From NCBI GenBank assembly GCA_045561915.1, contig JBJKWV010000001.1:1167-65166 (forward strand): a DNA stretch of 64,000 nucleotides. Direction: 5' to 3'. The position numbers and the translations under genes are program-made. Every line of letters starts with the position of its first letter. The stretch's first letter is position 1. The notes beneath the pieces were generated by a model. The model saw nothing but the letters and a program-made list of their open reading frames with translations, did no database searches and had not been told where the DNA came from. Positions 50,171 through 60,900 of the stretch are shown piece after piece. The stretch comes from Flavobacteriaceae bacterium. GTDB lineage: Bacteria > Bacteroidota > Bacteroidia > Flavobacteriales > Flavobacteriaceae.

Positions 50171-51853
50171 CTATCTAAATTTCTTTTTTTTAAAACCACT
50201 TTTTTTCTTTTTAACACCTGACTTTAGCGAGTAAGTTTTACCTTTTTTTGTAAGTTCTACATTTACTTTTCTATTATCCATTATAAGATTTTCAAATGAC
50301 TTAAGCACAAAATCTCTATGTTTCTTATGAGTTGAAAAAAACGAAAAGTTTTTCATTACTTCTACTTGGAAAACATCATCCTGACTTAAATTTAAAAAAG
50401 AACGTAAAAAATCTTTTAACGATTGCCATTCGTATTTATCCCGCGCTCCAACATTTATAAAAAAACGATCTTTATCATGGGGAGCATTTATTTTTTTTTC
50501 AGAACGATCACGTTTATTTACCCTTTCTTTTCCTCGATCAGTAAGATCATTTGATTTTGAATTGAAATCAAAATTCCTAAACTCTCTTGATAACATTAAC
50601 TCAATAAGAGTTTCTTTGTCTATCTCAATCAAAGACTCTATAGCTTTTGGCAGGTATGTTTTTAAATCACTTTTAACAGGAGTGCTTTTAATTTGATCTA
50701 TCCAGTTTTTAACTTTATTATTAAATATTACCTCGGGTGAAGGCATCTCCTTCTTAGCTATTTTTATTTGTAACTTATTTTCAATCATCCGAATTTTTCG
50801 TTGATCAGATTTAGTTATAAAAATAACAGAAGTTCCTTGCTTTCCTGCTCTTCCTGTTCTTCCACTTCTGTGAGTGTAAACTTCAATCTCATCAGGTAGT
50901 TGATAATTGATTACATGTGTAATGTCATCTACATCAATTCCGCGAGCAGCAACATCTGTAGCAATTAGCAGCTGTATTTTTTTCAAACGGAATGATTTCA
51001 TAACAGTATCCCTTTGATTTTGACTCAAGTCTCCATGTATTGCAGCTGCTTTGTAACCGTCATTAATTAGCCTATCTGCCACCTTTTGAGTTTCAATTTT
51101 TGTTCTACAGAAAACACATCCAAAAATTTCTGGATTTAAACTTAAGACCACTCTTAAAGCATTATAACGTTCTCTAGCTCCTACAATATAATACTGATGA
51201 TCAATGTTTTTTGCACTAGAGTTTTTTGTTCCCACTGTAATTTCTTTAGGTGCATGCATAAATTTTTTTGCTATGACACTAACTTCGGGTGGCATCGTTG
51301 CAGAAAATAGCCAAGAATCTTTATTATTGGGAGTATTTTTGAGTATATCTTTAATGTCTTCATAAAACCCCATGTTAAGCATCTCATCTGCTTCATCTAA
51401 AACACAAAATTCGATCGCACTGATATTAACCATTTTACGCTTTATCATGTCTTTAAGGCGTCCCGGAGTGGCTACAACAATTTGGGATCCCCTTTTTATT
51501 TTCCTTGCTTGCTCAGTAATATTTGCGCCCCCATAAATAGCAACAATATTCAGATTTTTTAAATTTTGACCGTAACTAGTCATATCATTTGTGATTTGTA
51601 GACATAATTCTCTAGTAGGCGATATAATCAAACCTTGAGTATTTCGATTATTTATATCAATTTTTTGTAACATAGGAAATCCAAAAGCTGCTGTTTTACC
51701 AGTGCCAGTTTGAGCTAAAGCTACTAAATCTGTCTTCTCTTTTAAAAGAACGGGAATTACTTTGTGTTGAACTTCCGTGGGAGATTCAAAACCTAATTTT
51801 TCAACTGCTTTTAATAATTTTTGGTTGAGACCAAGGGATTTAAAAGTTAACAT
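50171..51853 (-). CDS. DEAD-box ATP-dependent RNA helicase with C-terminal DbpA-like RNA-binding extension
   Basis: 560 aa with Q motif, AQTGTGKTAAF, DEAD, SAT and HRSGRTGRAG. The C-terminal ~100 aa is an RRM-like domain with a basic tail. Confidence 0.88.
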   Translation of the reverse strand: MLTFKSLGLNQKLLKAVEKLGFESPTEVQHKVIPVLLKEKTDLVALAQTGTGKTAAFGFPMLQKIDINNRNTQGLIISPTRELCLQITNDMTSYGQNLKNLNIVAIYGGANITEQARKIKRGSQIVVATPGRLKDMIKRKMVNISAIEFCVLDEADEMLNMGFYEDIKDILKNTPNNKDSWLFSATMPPEVSVIAKKFMHAPKEITVGTKNSSAKNIDHQYYIVGARERYNALRVVLSLNPEIFGCVFCRTKIETQKVADRLINDGYKAAAIHGDLSQNQRDTVMKSFRLKKIQLLIATDVAARGIDVDDITHVINYQLPDEIEVYTHRSGRTGRAGKQGTSVIFITKSDQRKIRMIENKLQIKIAKKEMPSPEVIFNNKVKNWIDQIKSTPVKSDLKTYLPKAIESLIEIDKETLIELMLSREFRNFDFNSKSNDLTDRGKERVNKRDRSEKKINAPHDKDRFFINVGARDKYEWQSLKDFLRSFLNLSQDDVFQVEVMKNFSFFSTHKKHRDFVLKSFENLIMDNRKVNVELTKKGKTYSLKSGVKKKKSGFKKKKFR

Positions 51854-51934
51854 ACATTACATTATGGCTGCGAAAGTACTCTAAATCTTCTCTTAACATG
51901 TTTTATTTGGTTTTTTTTTAATTTAATTATAAAC

Positions 51935-51966
51935 GAAAAAAAAAATCCTGCTCAAAAGAACAGGAT
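51935..51966 (-). terminator. Intrinsic terminator after the Gfo/Idh/MocA oxidoreductase gene
   Basis: The minus-strand RNA is AUCCUGUUC-UUUU-GAGCAGGAU followed by U10, starting 25 nt after the stop at 51991. Confidence 0.75.
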
Positions 51967-51990
51967 ATAAAAAGTGATTTGAAAAATAAA

Positions 51991-53445
51991 TTATACTTTA
52001 AAACCTTCTCTGTAATTACGAGTCACAAATTGGTTTGCAGCTTCTAGATTTGTGATCTTCATATTATCTCCATCCCAAAGAAGTTTTTTACGTGCAAAAT
52101 AATCAACTCGACCATTTCCTTTTTCTTCTCTAAGCATATAACTTCTTATAGCTAAATTTCCCATAAGCACAGTTTCTGTCATAGGACCTGCATAGTCAAA
52201 GGAAGAAGTTAAACTTAGATGCTCTTTACTATTGAATCCCGCTTTACAGGCGTCTACCCACTTTCGTTGGTGTCCGTACTCTGGTTCGGGCATTTTTTCA
52301 ACTTCAGGACCAAAATCAGTAGTCCCATCGTTAAGATATAATTTTGGCATTAGAGGAGAGCTGTCATTAATATTTGTCGAAATTATTCCTTTTTCTCCAA
52401 TTATAAGAACTCCATTAGCACTATCAGTACCTCCAATATCACTATTTGCAGGGATAATTTCTGGATGCGGTGGTCTTATGCCGCCATCGCTCCAGGTCAT
52501 TTGAATAGGAGACTTACTTTTTTCTGTAGCATCAAAACTAATAGTGATTAAAGAAGAAGGTGGACAACCTTCTGGCAAATAGTCAGGAGACCACATTTTA
52601 GAGAATACACTGCCTACGCTGCATTCTGCAGCAGTTGGATATTTTAGTCCCAGAGTACGGAAAGGAATATCAATTAAATGACAACCTACATCACCCAAAG
52701 CGCCAGTTCCGTAATCCCACCATCCCCTCCAACTGAAAGGATGCATGTTTGGTGTATATGGTTTTTCTTTTGCAGGTCCTAACCATAAGTCCCAATTTAA
52801 TGCTTCTGGTTTTAAACTAGGATTAGATTTTGGCATCTTTACACCCTGAGGCCATACTGGACGATTTGTCCATATTTTTACATCAGAAACAGCTCCAATT
52901 TTTCCACTATCAATCCAATCTTGAACCATATTAAGTAGCGGATTTGAACCCCCTTGGTTACCCATTTGTGTAACTACTTTTTGTTTACGAGCCATCTCGG
53001 TTAACATTCGTGCTTCTCTTATATTATGAGCCATTGGCTTTTGAATGTAAACGTGCTTACCACGTTCCATAGCAAACATACCGGCAGGAGCATGAACATG
53101 GTCAGGTGTAGATATTGTTACAGCATCAATATTTCTGTGCTTATCAAGCATTTTTCTATAGTCATCGTATAATTTTGCTTTTGGAAATCTTTTTACTGTT
53201 CTTTTTGCATCACCAGAAAAATCAACATCACAAAGTGCAACTATACGTTCACGACCCTGAACTGAAGCGTTTCTTATATCGCTACCACCTTTCCCTCCAG
53301 ACCCTATAGCGGCAATGTTTAGTTGATCACTAGGCGAGATATATCCTGGGCCGCCAAGGACATTTCTAGGCACAATAAATATACTTGATGCAGCAATACT
53401 TTTTTTAATAAAATTTCGTCTTGAATGTTGTTTTTTTTGTTTCAT
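51991..53445 (-). CDS. Periplasmic Gfo/Idh/MocA-family oxidoreductase with twin-arginine (Tat) signal
   Basis: 484 aa with Tat motif SRRNFIKKSIAASS. It has a Rossmann N-terminus (NIAAIGSGGKGGSD..ALCDVD) and a typical ..STPDHVHA.. block. Confidence 0.8.
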   Translation of the reverse strand: MKQKKQHSRRNFIKKSIAASSIFIVPRNVLGGPGYISPSDQLNIAAIGSGGKGGSDIRNASVQGRERIVALCDVDFSGDAKRTVKRFPKAKLYDDYRKMLDKHRNIDAVTISTPDHVHAPAGMFAMERGKHVYIQKPMAHNIREARMLTEMARKQKVVTQMGNQGGSNPLLNMVQDWIDSGKIGAVSDVKIWTNRPVWPQGVKMPKSNPSLKPEALNWDLWLGPAKEKPYTPNMHPFSWRGWWDYGTGALGDVGCHLIDIPFRTLGLKYPTAAECSVGSVFSKMWSPDYLPEGCPPSSLITISFDATEKSKSPIQMTWSDGGIRPPHPEIIPANSDIGGTDSANGVLIIGEKGIISTNINDSSPLMPKLYLNDGTTDFGPEVEKMPEPEYGHQRKWVDACKAGFNSKEHLSLTSSFDYAGPMTETVLMGNLAIRSYMLREEKGNGRVDYFARKKLLWDGDNMKITNLEAANQFVTRNYREGFKV

Positions 53446-53534
53446 TTATTGATATGTAAATATTAATTTAAATATATATAATTTTAAAGAAATAAATTAA
53501 AAATTTAGCAGGTACAGATTTTCTAACTTTCACT

Positions 53535-53542
53535 TAAATTTG
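53535..53542 (+). promoter_or_regulatory. Candidate -7 promoter box (TAAATTTG) for the 53590 gene
   Basis: Matches TAnnTTTG, 47 nt upstream of the ATG. Confidence 0.3.
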
Positions 53543-53589
53543 CAATTTAAATTCAAAATACCTTTCTTAAATTTAAGAAAACTTTTTAT

Positions 53590-54012
53590 ATGAATAATAA
53601 TTGTGTCTTATATTTATTATTATTTCTGAGTGTAGGCCTAATTTATTCTCAACGGGGACAGACTGGTGATAAAACTTTTAAAAATCGATTTCCAGAAGAA
53701 AAATTTAATGATATTTCCAATTCTTCTTTAGAACTTGTTAATGAAGTTGATCACGATATTATTGTTGTTATTAGAGATCAACGAAAAAAATTTATACGCC
53801 ACGTATATATTAGGAACAATGATCAATATACATTTGATAAGTTACCAATTACAAGATTGTATGTCCAGTTCAAGTCTAAGGAATTTTTCTTCGAAGATTT
53901 AGAAAGAACTACAGTGAATTATGGAGATAGGCATAAATTTAACTTTTTTTTTGATCCTTCTCAAGATGGGAATTATTTTAGAATAACTGAAGAGGAATTC
54001 TTTAAGCCTTAA
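53590..54012 (+). CDS. Small secreted hypothetical protein
   Basis: 140 aa with a signal peptide (LLLFLSVGLIYSQ). No family recognised. Confidence 0.5.
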   Translation: MNNNCVLYLLLFLSVGLIYSQRGQTGDKTFKNRFPEEKFNDISNSSLELVNEVDHDIIVVIRDQRKKFIRHVYIRNNDQYTFDKLPITRLYVQFKSKEFFFEDLERTTVNYGDRHKFNFFFDPSQDGNYFRITEEEFFKP

Positions 54013-54050
54013 CCCTCATAATAAATTTATCCAAAATCATTCGAATTTAT

Positions 54051-54239
54051 TCAAAAAGATAAAAGATAATTAATTGATGAAAATAAATAGAAGCATAATG
54101 TCAGGAAAATAGCTATAAAAGCTATAGCCTTTGCCAAACCCTTATTTGTCATTTTATTAATCCATTCAATTGTAGGTTTAATTCCTTTCACTAGCATAAA
54201 AAATCCAAAAATTGCCAAGGTATAAGCTAATAGTTCCAT
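54051..54239 (-). CDS. 62-aa two-TM membrane protein, last gene of the giant-adhesin string
   Basis: The ATG at 54239 (MELLAYTLAIFGFFMLVKG..) lies one base after the upstream stop codon (54241..54243). The track's longer 54341 start would run inside the upstream gene. There are two hydrophobic helices. Coding status rests on ORF, position and hydrophobicity only. Confidence 0.45.
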   Translation of the reverse strand: MELLAYTLAIFGFFMLVKGIKPTIEWINKMTNKGLAKAIAFIAIFLTLCFYLFSSINYLLSF

Positions 54240-54240
54240 T

Positions 54241-54936
54241 TTAATTTGTTCTAAAGGCGTAAACACCAGAGCTAGATTGATTTTTATTATTATCAATAGC
54301 AATAATTTTCCAATAATAAGTAGTATTATTTTTAACTTCAACTTCTATCCTTTCTTCCTCTGATTGATACTCAAGTGTTGTATTTAGTGTACTTGCATCG
54401 CTTTCATCCAAATAAATCTCAAATTGTGATAAGTCACCATCAACATCGGATGCATTCCAAATAAGTGTAACAAGATTATTTATGTCTGGTGTAATATTTG
54501 CTCCTGACTGAGGGGAGATTAGCTCAGAGGGGAACGGCGCGTAATTAACTATTGCATCTCCAGCTAAATAAAACTTCCATTGTACACTTTCAGATGGAAT
54601 TGATCCAACCTCTCCAAAACTTTTTACACTCCAGTTATAGGGTTCTGCCTTGCTTAAAGCCACAGTTGTTTGATTTGATGTAGCAGGATATGTTTGAGAA
54701 GATTGAGTTAATAAATTAGTTACAACTAATTCATACGATATCGTATTTGCAGCTGAAGACCATCTAAATTCAACATTACTTTGACTGTCATTTATTGAAG
54801 TTCCATCTAAACAGGTTTCATCATTAGCAGGACTAATTAGGTTTGGAGCTGAAGGATTTACAGGAATAGTCTCCTCAGGTGCACAACTATTTAATAGCAT
54901 AATTAAACCTCCAAAAAGTAAAATATTTTTTTTCAT
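54241..54936 (-). CDS. Lipoprotein with two fibronectin-III-like domains
   Basis: 231 aa with lipobox (MLLNSC). Two ~95-aa beta-sandwich repeats each start ..LISP.. and contain W/Y ladder residues (EFRWSS..YELVV..YNWSV; LIWNAS..FEIYL..YYWKI). Its start is 2 nt after the giant adhesin stop. Confidence 0.65.
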   Translation of the reverse strand: MKKNILLFGGLIMLLNSCAPEETIPVNPSAPNLISPANDETCLDGTSINDSQSNVEFRWSSAANTISYELVVTNLLTQSSQTYPATSNQTTVALSKAEPYNWSVKSFGEVGSIPSESVQWKFYLAGDAIVNYAPFPSELISPQSGANITPDINNLVTLIWNASDVDGDLSQFEIYLDESDASTLNTTLEYQSEEERIEVEVKNNTTYYWKIIAIDNNKNQSSSGVYAFRTN

Positions 54937-54938
54937 AC

Positions 54939-57900
54939 TTATTCTTTGATAACTTGAATTGACTGATCAAGCGTTTCTCCTTTTATATTAATAATATAAA
55001 CCCCTGTTTTATATTTAGCTGTATTTAAGGTATAATTTCTTACACCAAAAGGCAGTGATATGTTATGATAATCAATTAATTGTCCATTAGAAGAATAGAC
55101 TCCAATTTCTACAATATTATCTTGTCCCCCTATATAAAGTTGTAATTCTTCTTCAAAGGGATTCGGCGCATACTTAACTTCGTATGAATTTAGATAAGTT
55201 TCTTGGAATAATCCCTGACATTCTATACCTGTTGAGATTGATATGTTATTGATTCCCTTCTCTAAAGAAATGGTATGTTTATTGCTGGAGGTTTGAGTCG
55301 TTTTTCCATTGTGAGTCATTTGATAGCTCGAGCCACCATCTAAAATAAAACTTACACTCTGATTTGCTTTGCTAAAGAAGCTGCTAACAACAAGTGGGCT
55401 TGGCTCTGAGATAGTTATCTGAAAACAACGTTCAAACTCTAGAGGATTTACCCCTTCCACACTTACACAAATATCGTAAACTCCAGCAGATAGTTGATCT
55501 AAATTCCATTTGCTCCCTGTAAAAGTATCAAAAACAGAAATTCCACCACTAACTTTGACATTATATGTCAATGTACCATCCACTACGGTTAGGTTAATAC
55601 TGTTTTGCCCAGCACATTTTTCTGTTTTGGAAATTGAAAAGTTGTTAGGTGGCAAATAATAAATCAAACATCCCTCAATATTAACTAATTCTCCATCAGG
55701 AGTATCAGGACATATGTCAAAAGGATTCCAAACTCCATCATGATCAAAATCATCAGTCGCATCTCCAATACCGTCACCGTCAACATCAGTTTGATCTGGG
55801 TTTGAGACAAGTGGACTATTATCTAAAATATCTACAATTCCATCACCGTCATTGTCATCCGTTGGGAGCACTGGTTGAGATTGAAGTTCTATAGCTTCAG
55901 ACTTACCCTCAGGAACTCTAATATTTCTTTGAGTTACTGATATAGGCACATCAGGCTGACCGTCAGCAGTATTGATATATTCAACTTCAACTTCGTAAAT
56001 ATTGTCTTTATTTGCATCACCAGGATTTTCATAATCAGGAGGAGTAATAAAGGCTAAATAATCTTCATTTTCGTCTTCGATAACCTCATCTGTTTTTTGT
56101 TGAGCATTATTTCTAGATTTAATAACAAATTTACTCGCATCAGCACCACCTTTAATTTTCTTTTTCACTTTCCATTTTCCAACACCTTTGTTGTGAGGAT
56201 TAAAGTAACGACTGGGTCCTACTTTTGCCCCCAAAGTTTCATTATCAACATCGAAGATAGAGATGAAAAAGCGACCTGTGTAGGTAGTGTTAGGAATGTC
56301 AATTACCTCAAGAGATCCTGATATAGATGTTGAAAGTCCAGGTACTCCAGGCTGATCTGAGGCCCTAGCAGTTATATTAAATGTATGTGATCTAATTTCC
56401 TCATAATCCAATAACTGTATTGTTTTTAGTTGATTTCCATTAACAAGTTCTAGATAACCATCTCCAGAAAAATTAATACTTTCAATCCCAACTCCCATCG
56501 GATCTTTGGCCTCAACAAAACCAACTAAAGTTCCCACCTCAGCATCTTCACTTATTTCAAAAGTATTAATGATAATTTCAGGAGGACGGGGTTTATCTTC
56601 TAATAAAACAACAACAGATCCTTTTATTTCATTAGTTCCGTCACTTAAAGAAAAAGTGAGTAATTCCCCATTAAATGATGAGTTAAAACCAAGTGCTGCT
56701 CCATATATAGAAGTTACTGTTCCGTCTGCAGAAATTGAAAGTATACCTGAAAATATTGAATTAGGCTGACTAAAAGTCAAGGTTTCTCCATCTGCATCAG
56801 TTGCATTAATCTTACCAATTATGGTTCCGTTTGGTGGAAGCTGAACAAAATTTATTTCGGTTGTTGTGATCTCTGGTAAAGGATTATTGGTGTCACAAAC
56901 ATCTCCTATGCCATCTTGATCTGAATCTAACTGATCTTGATTAGCAGTTTCTATGCAATTATCCAAATTATCTACAATTCCATCTCCGTCACTATCACGC
57001 TGTGATGCACCGCAGCCTTTTTCATCTACTTCAGTTGGAATCATTTCTCCATATCTTGGAGTTCCTTTCACGTTATTTTTTTCAAATTCAGGAGTTTCAG
57101 GGCATTGATCTAAGTCATCAAAAACTCCATCTTTATCAGTATCTTTTTGATATAGTGCGCACCCATTTTCATCAACTTCAAAACCCTCTTTTGTAGCTGG
57201 ACATAAATCATTTGTACTATAAACTCCATCACCATCTTTATCCTGATGGAGTGTAAGTAAAGTTGAATTACTTCCATCGATTCCAGCAACCTTAAATCCA
57301 AAAACAATATCCTTTTTTGCTAAGTTGATTTCCTCAGGTTTGAAATTTACAGTATAAGTTCCGTCAAGATTATCAATAGTAGGAAGATCACCCGAAGAAT
57401 TAAAAATTATTATATCATCTCCACCGCTAAAGAAGCTTAGGCCTAAACTATCCCTAGCTTGAACCTTTACAATAGCAATGTTGCTTCCATTGGCTATCAT
57501 TTCCTCGGGAACAACAGATATAGTAGATTTAACTGGATTAACAGGGCCAGATATAGGAAGTTTTAATGTGAAACTACTGCTTTGAGAGGTTAACATACCA
57601 TTTCCATTAATATCAAATATAGAAGATGAATTTGTTGCACTAACCGAAAAAACTTCAGACCCAACTGGACTTAAACTTGATAAATCCATAAATATTCTAA
57701 TTGTAGTTTCTCCACCTGACAGTTGAGAATCACTTGAAAATGTAGTACTATTATTTGCCCTAAATCCAAGAATATTTAAAGTCAAGCTTGATCCTGAGGT
57801 TTGTACGATAGAAAAGGAGCTGGAAGTAATACTTGAGCTAGCATTAATATTTCCATAGACTGGCTGATCAAAAATTATATCAACATATTCGTTTTGATCT

Positions 57901-60900
57901 TGGACTGAAGTTGATGATATCTTTGGAGGAATGAGATCTTTAAAAGTAATACTTTGAGTTCCTGAGTATAAATTTCCGGATTTATCTGATCCTGATACAG
58001 TAGCAAATCCGGTGCCATTAAAAGATTCTTCAACTATCCACTTATAAAACCAAATATTAGCTGTTGATGACGCAGTCATTGTTGCATTTGTAAATGCCCC
58101 GCTTAAACTTATTGTTGGCGATGATGACAATGATTCACTAAATTTGGCTGTTATAGTTACTACATCACTAGCAGAAACTAAATTATCTGTGTCAGTATCA
58201 GATAATTGAACATTAGGTCCTGATTGATCTATACCATTTAAAAATGATTGATCTAATTGCTTATTGAAATACTTAAGTGATTGTACATATCCTAAGAATA
58301 AATGATCAGGTCCTGTAGATGATCCTGCAGAATTACTTTCACTTCCATTTCCAACCCAACCATAACGAGGTGTTTCACTATCTGTTTGATTTGAAATTGG
58401 TTTAAATGAATCTGGATGGCTATAAACCAAACTATTATCAACATAAAATTTCAAGCCATTAGAAGTATTTGCTTTGAATGAAACAGCAACATCATGCCAT
58501 TTATTATCCCTAAGGTCGAGTGTTTGCGAAACTGCATAGGTGTCATGAGATCCACCAGTAGATTGAGCATGCTTATCAGAGTTTGCAAAATGAAAGGCTA
58601 ACTTACCAGCAGCATTACTATTTTGATCAGAACCAACGGAAAATCTAAAAACTGCAGACCTATCAAAAGAAAAAAGTATCCTTTGGTCATTGCCATGATT
58701 TGAAGTGGTTGAGCTAAGTTTTATTCTCGATAAAATGGTTAATTCATTAATTTCATCCGAATCACCTGTCACATAATTTAAATCAGAAATGGCAATTCCT
58801 TTTTCACCTCCGGAATTACCGTCAAAATAAATTGCATCATTAAATGATTCATAGTAAACATTACTAACTCCCTTAATTTCCCCATTATTTGAATTTCCAT
58901 TTAAATTTGAAACTGTTTTATTTGAAGATGAAGTTGCATTACCATTGTATGAATTAACATTAGAAAAATCATAATAGACTAAAAGATTGTCATTTAAATT
59001 TTTTGTAATGGTTGACGAAAAAGAATTTCCAACTATATCATAAATTGAATTATTTGAAATATTGAGTGAAATGGTTCCTAAACCATTACCAAATCCCTGA
59101 GCCGGAATTTCAAGTGCATATGAAGTTCCACTTTGAGTTATTGACTGGGGATTTTGACTCAATAATGAATAACTAGAGCTTGATGAAATAGAAAATTCAA
59201 AATCGGAAGTTTGCAATGAGTTAGATCCCTGGCCACTTATTAAATCAGTAAAAACATTTTCATCAAATGTTATGTTGAAAAATAAATTATCTGAGGTTAA
59301 CCCTGAGGATATGATTTGAGGAGCAGAATTATCAATTGTAAATGTAATACTATCAGTTCCAGAGTAATTGTTTCCTGAAACATCTGATCCTGAAACTGTT
59401 GCTGTAACAATTCCACTTGTCGTAGTTGATACAGTCCAAGGATAAGTCCAAATATTAGAAGTTGAGGAAGCAGTCATCAAAACATTGGATACTTCTGTTC
59501 CTATATTAATTGTAGGAGTGGATGCCATTGCTTCACTAAAAGTGGCAATTATATTTACTACATTTGAGCCAATCACTAGGTTGTCAGAGTCATTATCAGT
59601 TAAGGTTACATTAGGAGCAGAATTGTCGATAGTAAATGTTATGCTCTCTATTCCAGAATATGCATTATTTGCTAAATCATTAGCAGAGACAGTAGCAGAT
59701 ACTATTCCACTGGTTGTAGTAGATACCGTCCAAGGGTAAATCCATACATTACTAGTTGAAGAAGCTGTCATGGGAACGTTAGAAACTTCCCTGGTGATAT
59801 TTATTGTAGGGGAAGTAGATAAGGCTTCATTAAAAGTCGCTGTAATTGTTACTACATCTGAACCTGATACCAAATTATCAGAATCAGTGTCTGTAAAACT
59901 AGATAAGTTTGGGGATACATTGTCAAAAAGAAAAGTTGTTGTCGATACAGTGTTTAAATTTCCCGCTAGATCTTCAACTGTATTTTCATTTAAAGTGAGT
60001 GTCACAATACCTGAAAAAGATAATGTATTCGTTGCTGTTATGCTACCTGAAAAAGCTTTATAATCAGTTGATGTGTAGGGTGTTATTGAAAAACCAGAAG
60101 GAAGAATTGTAACATCACTTACTGTGAAAGTATTATCATTTATTTTTTCATTAAAAACAACTGTTATTGTATTTGTTCCAGACTGACTAATGTAATCTGT
60201 TGATAAATTATTTGAGACAGTAGTGGAGATAATGTTTGGTCTTACAGTATCTATTGTGAAAGTGATACTATTTGACCCGGAATATGTGTTATTGTAGAGG
60301 TCTGTACCTGAAAGAGTAGCATAGTATTTTCCATCAGCAAGAGCCGAACCAACCTGCCAACTGTATTTATATGAATTTGTCCCTGTGATTTGGGTCATAT
60401 TAGTATTAGTAGTTACATTAGTGATTGAAATTTGAGGAGTATTAGTTATTGTTTTATTATATCCAGCAGTAATAGTAACTGTCGTTGAAAGAGATATATA
60501 ATTATCACTATCAGAACTAGTTAATGTTCCACAAGTTCCCCATATAGGTTTATTAGCATCTGTTAGAATTGAGGTGTTACCCGCAAATGCCCCTGGTTCT
60601 GACGAAATTCTTGAAACACACCAACTAGTTAAATCTTGATTAAATGATTCAGCATAATTAAACATACCGGCCATATTAACAATTTTTGCTGTATCCCAAC
60701 CTCCTATATCTTGGTTAAAACTGTTAGCACTTTTAAACATACCACTCACATCATAAAAATTTGAAGTATTCCAGCCTCCAATATCTTGATTAAAGCTAGA
60801 TGCTCCTTGGAACATTCTATCCGTATTAGTTACATTGGACATATCCCAAAAAGAAATATCAGAGTTAAAAGAACTATTACTTTCAAATAATTCAGTCATA

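Noticed and set aside
54240-54341. Longer 96-aa version of the small membrane ORF. Similarly, the 19095..19136 extension of the 18609 gene and the 31031..31081 extension of the TPR-like gene.
   Set aside because: The extensions run inside the upstream genes in another frame. Internal ATGs placed 1-2 nt after the upstream stop give clean N-termini (a signal peptide or TM helix).
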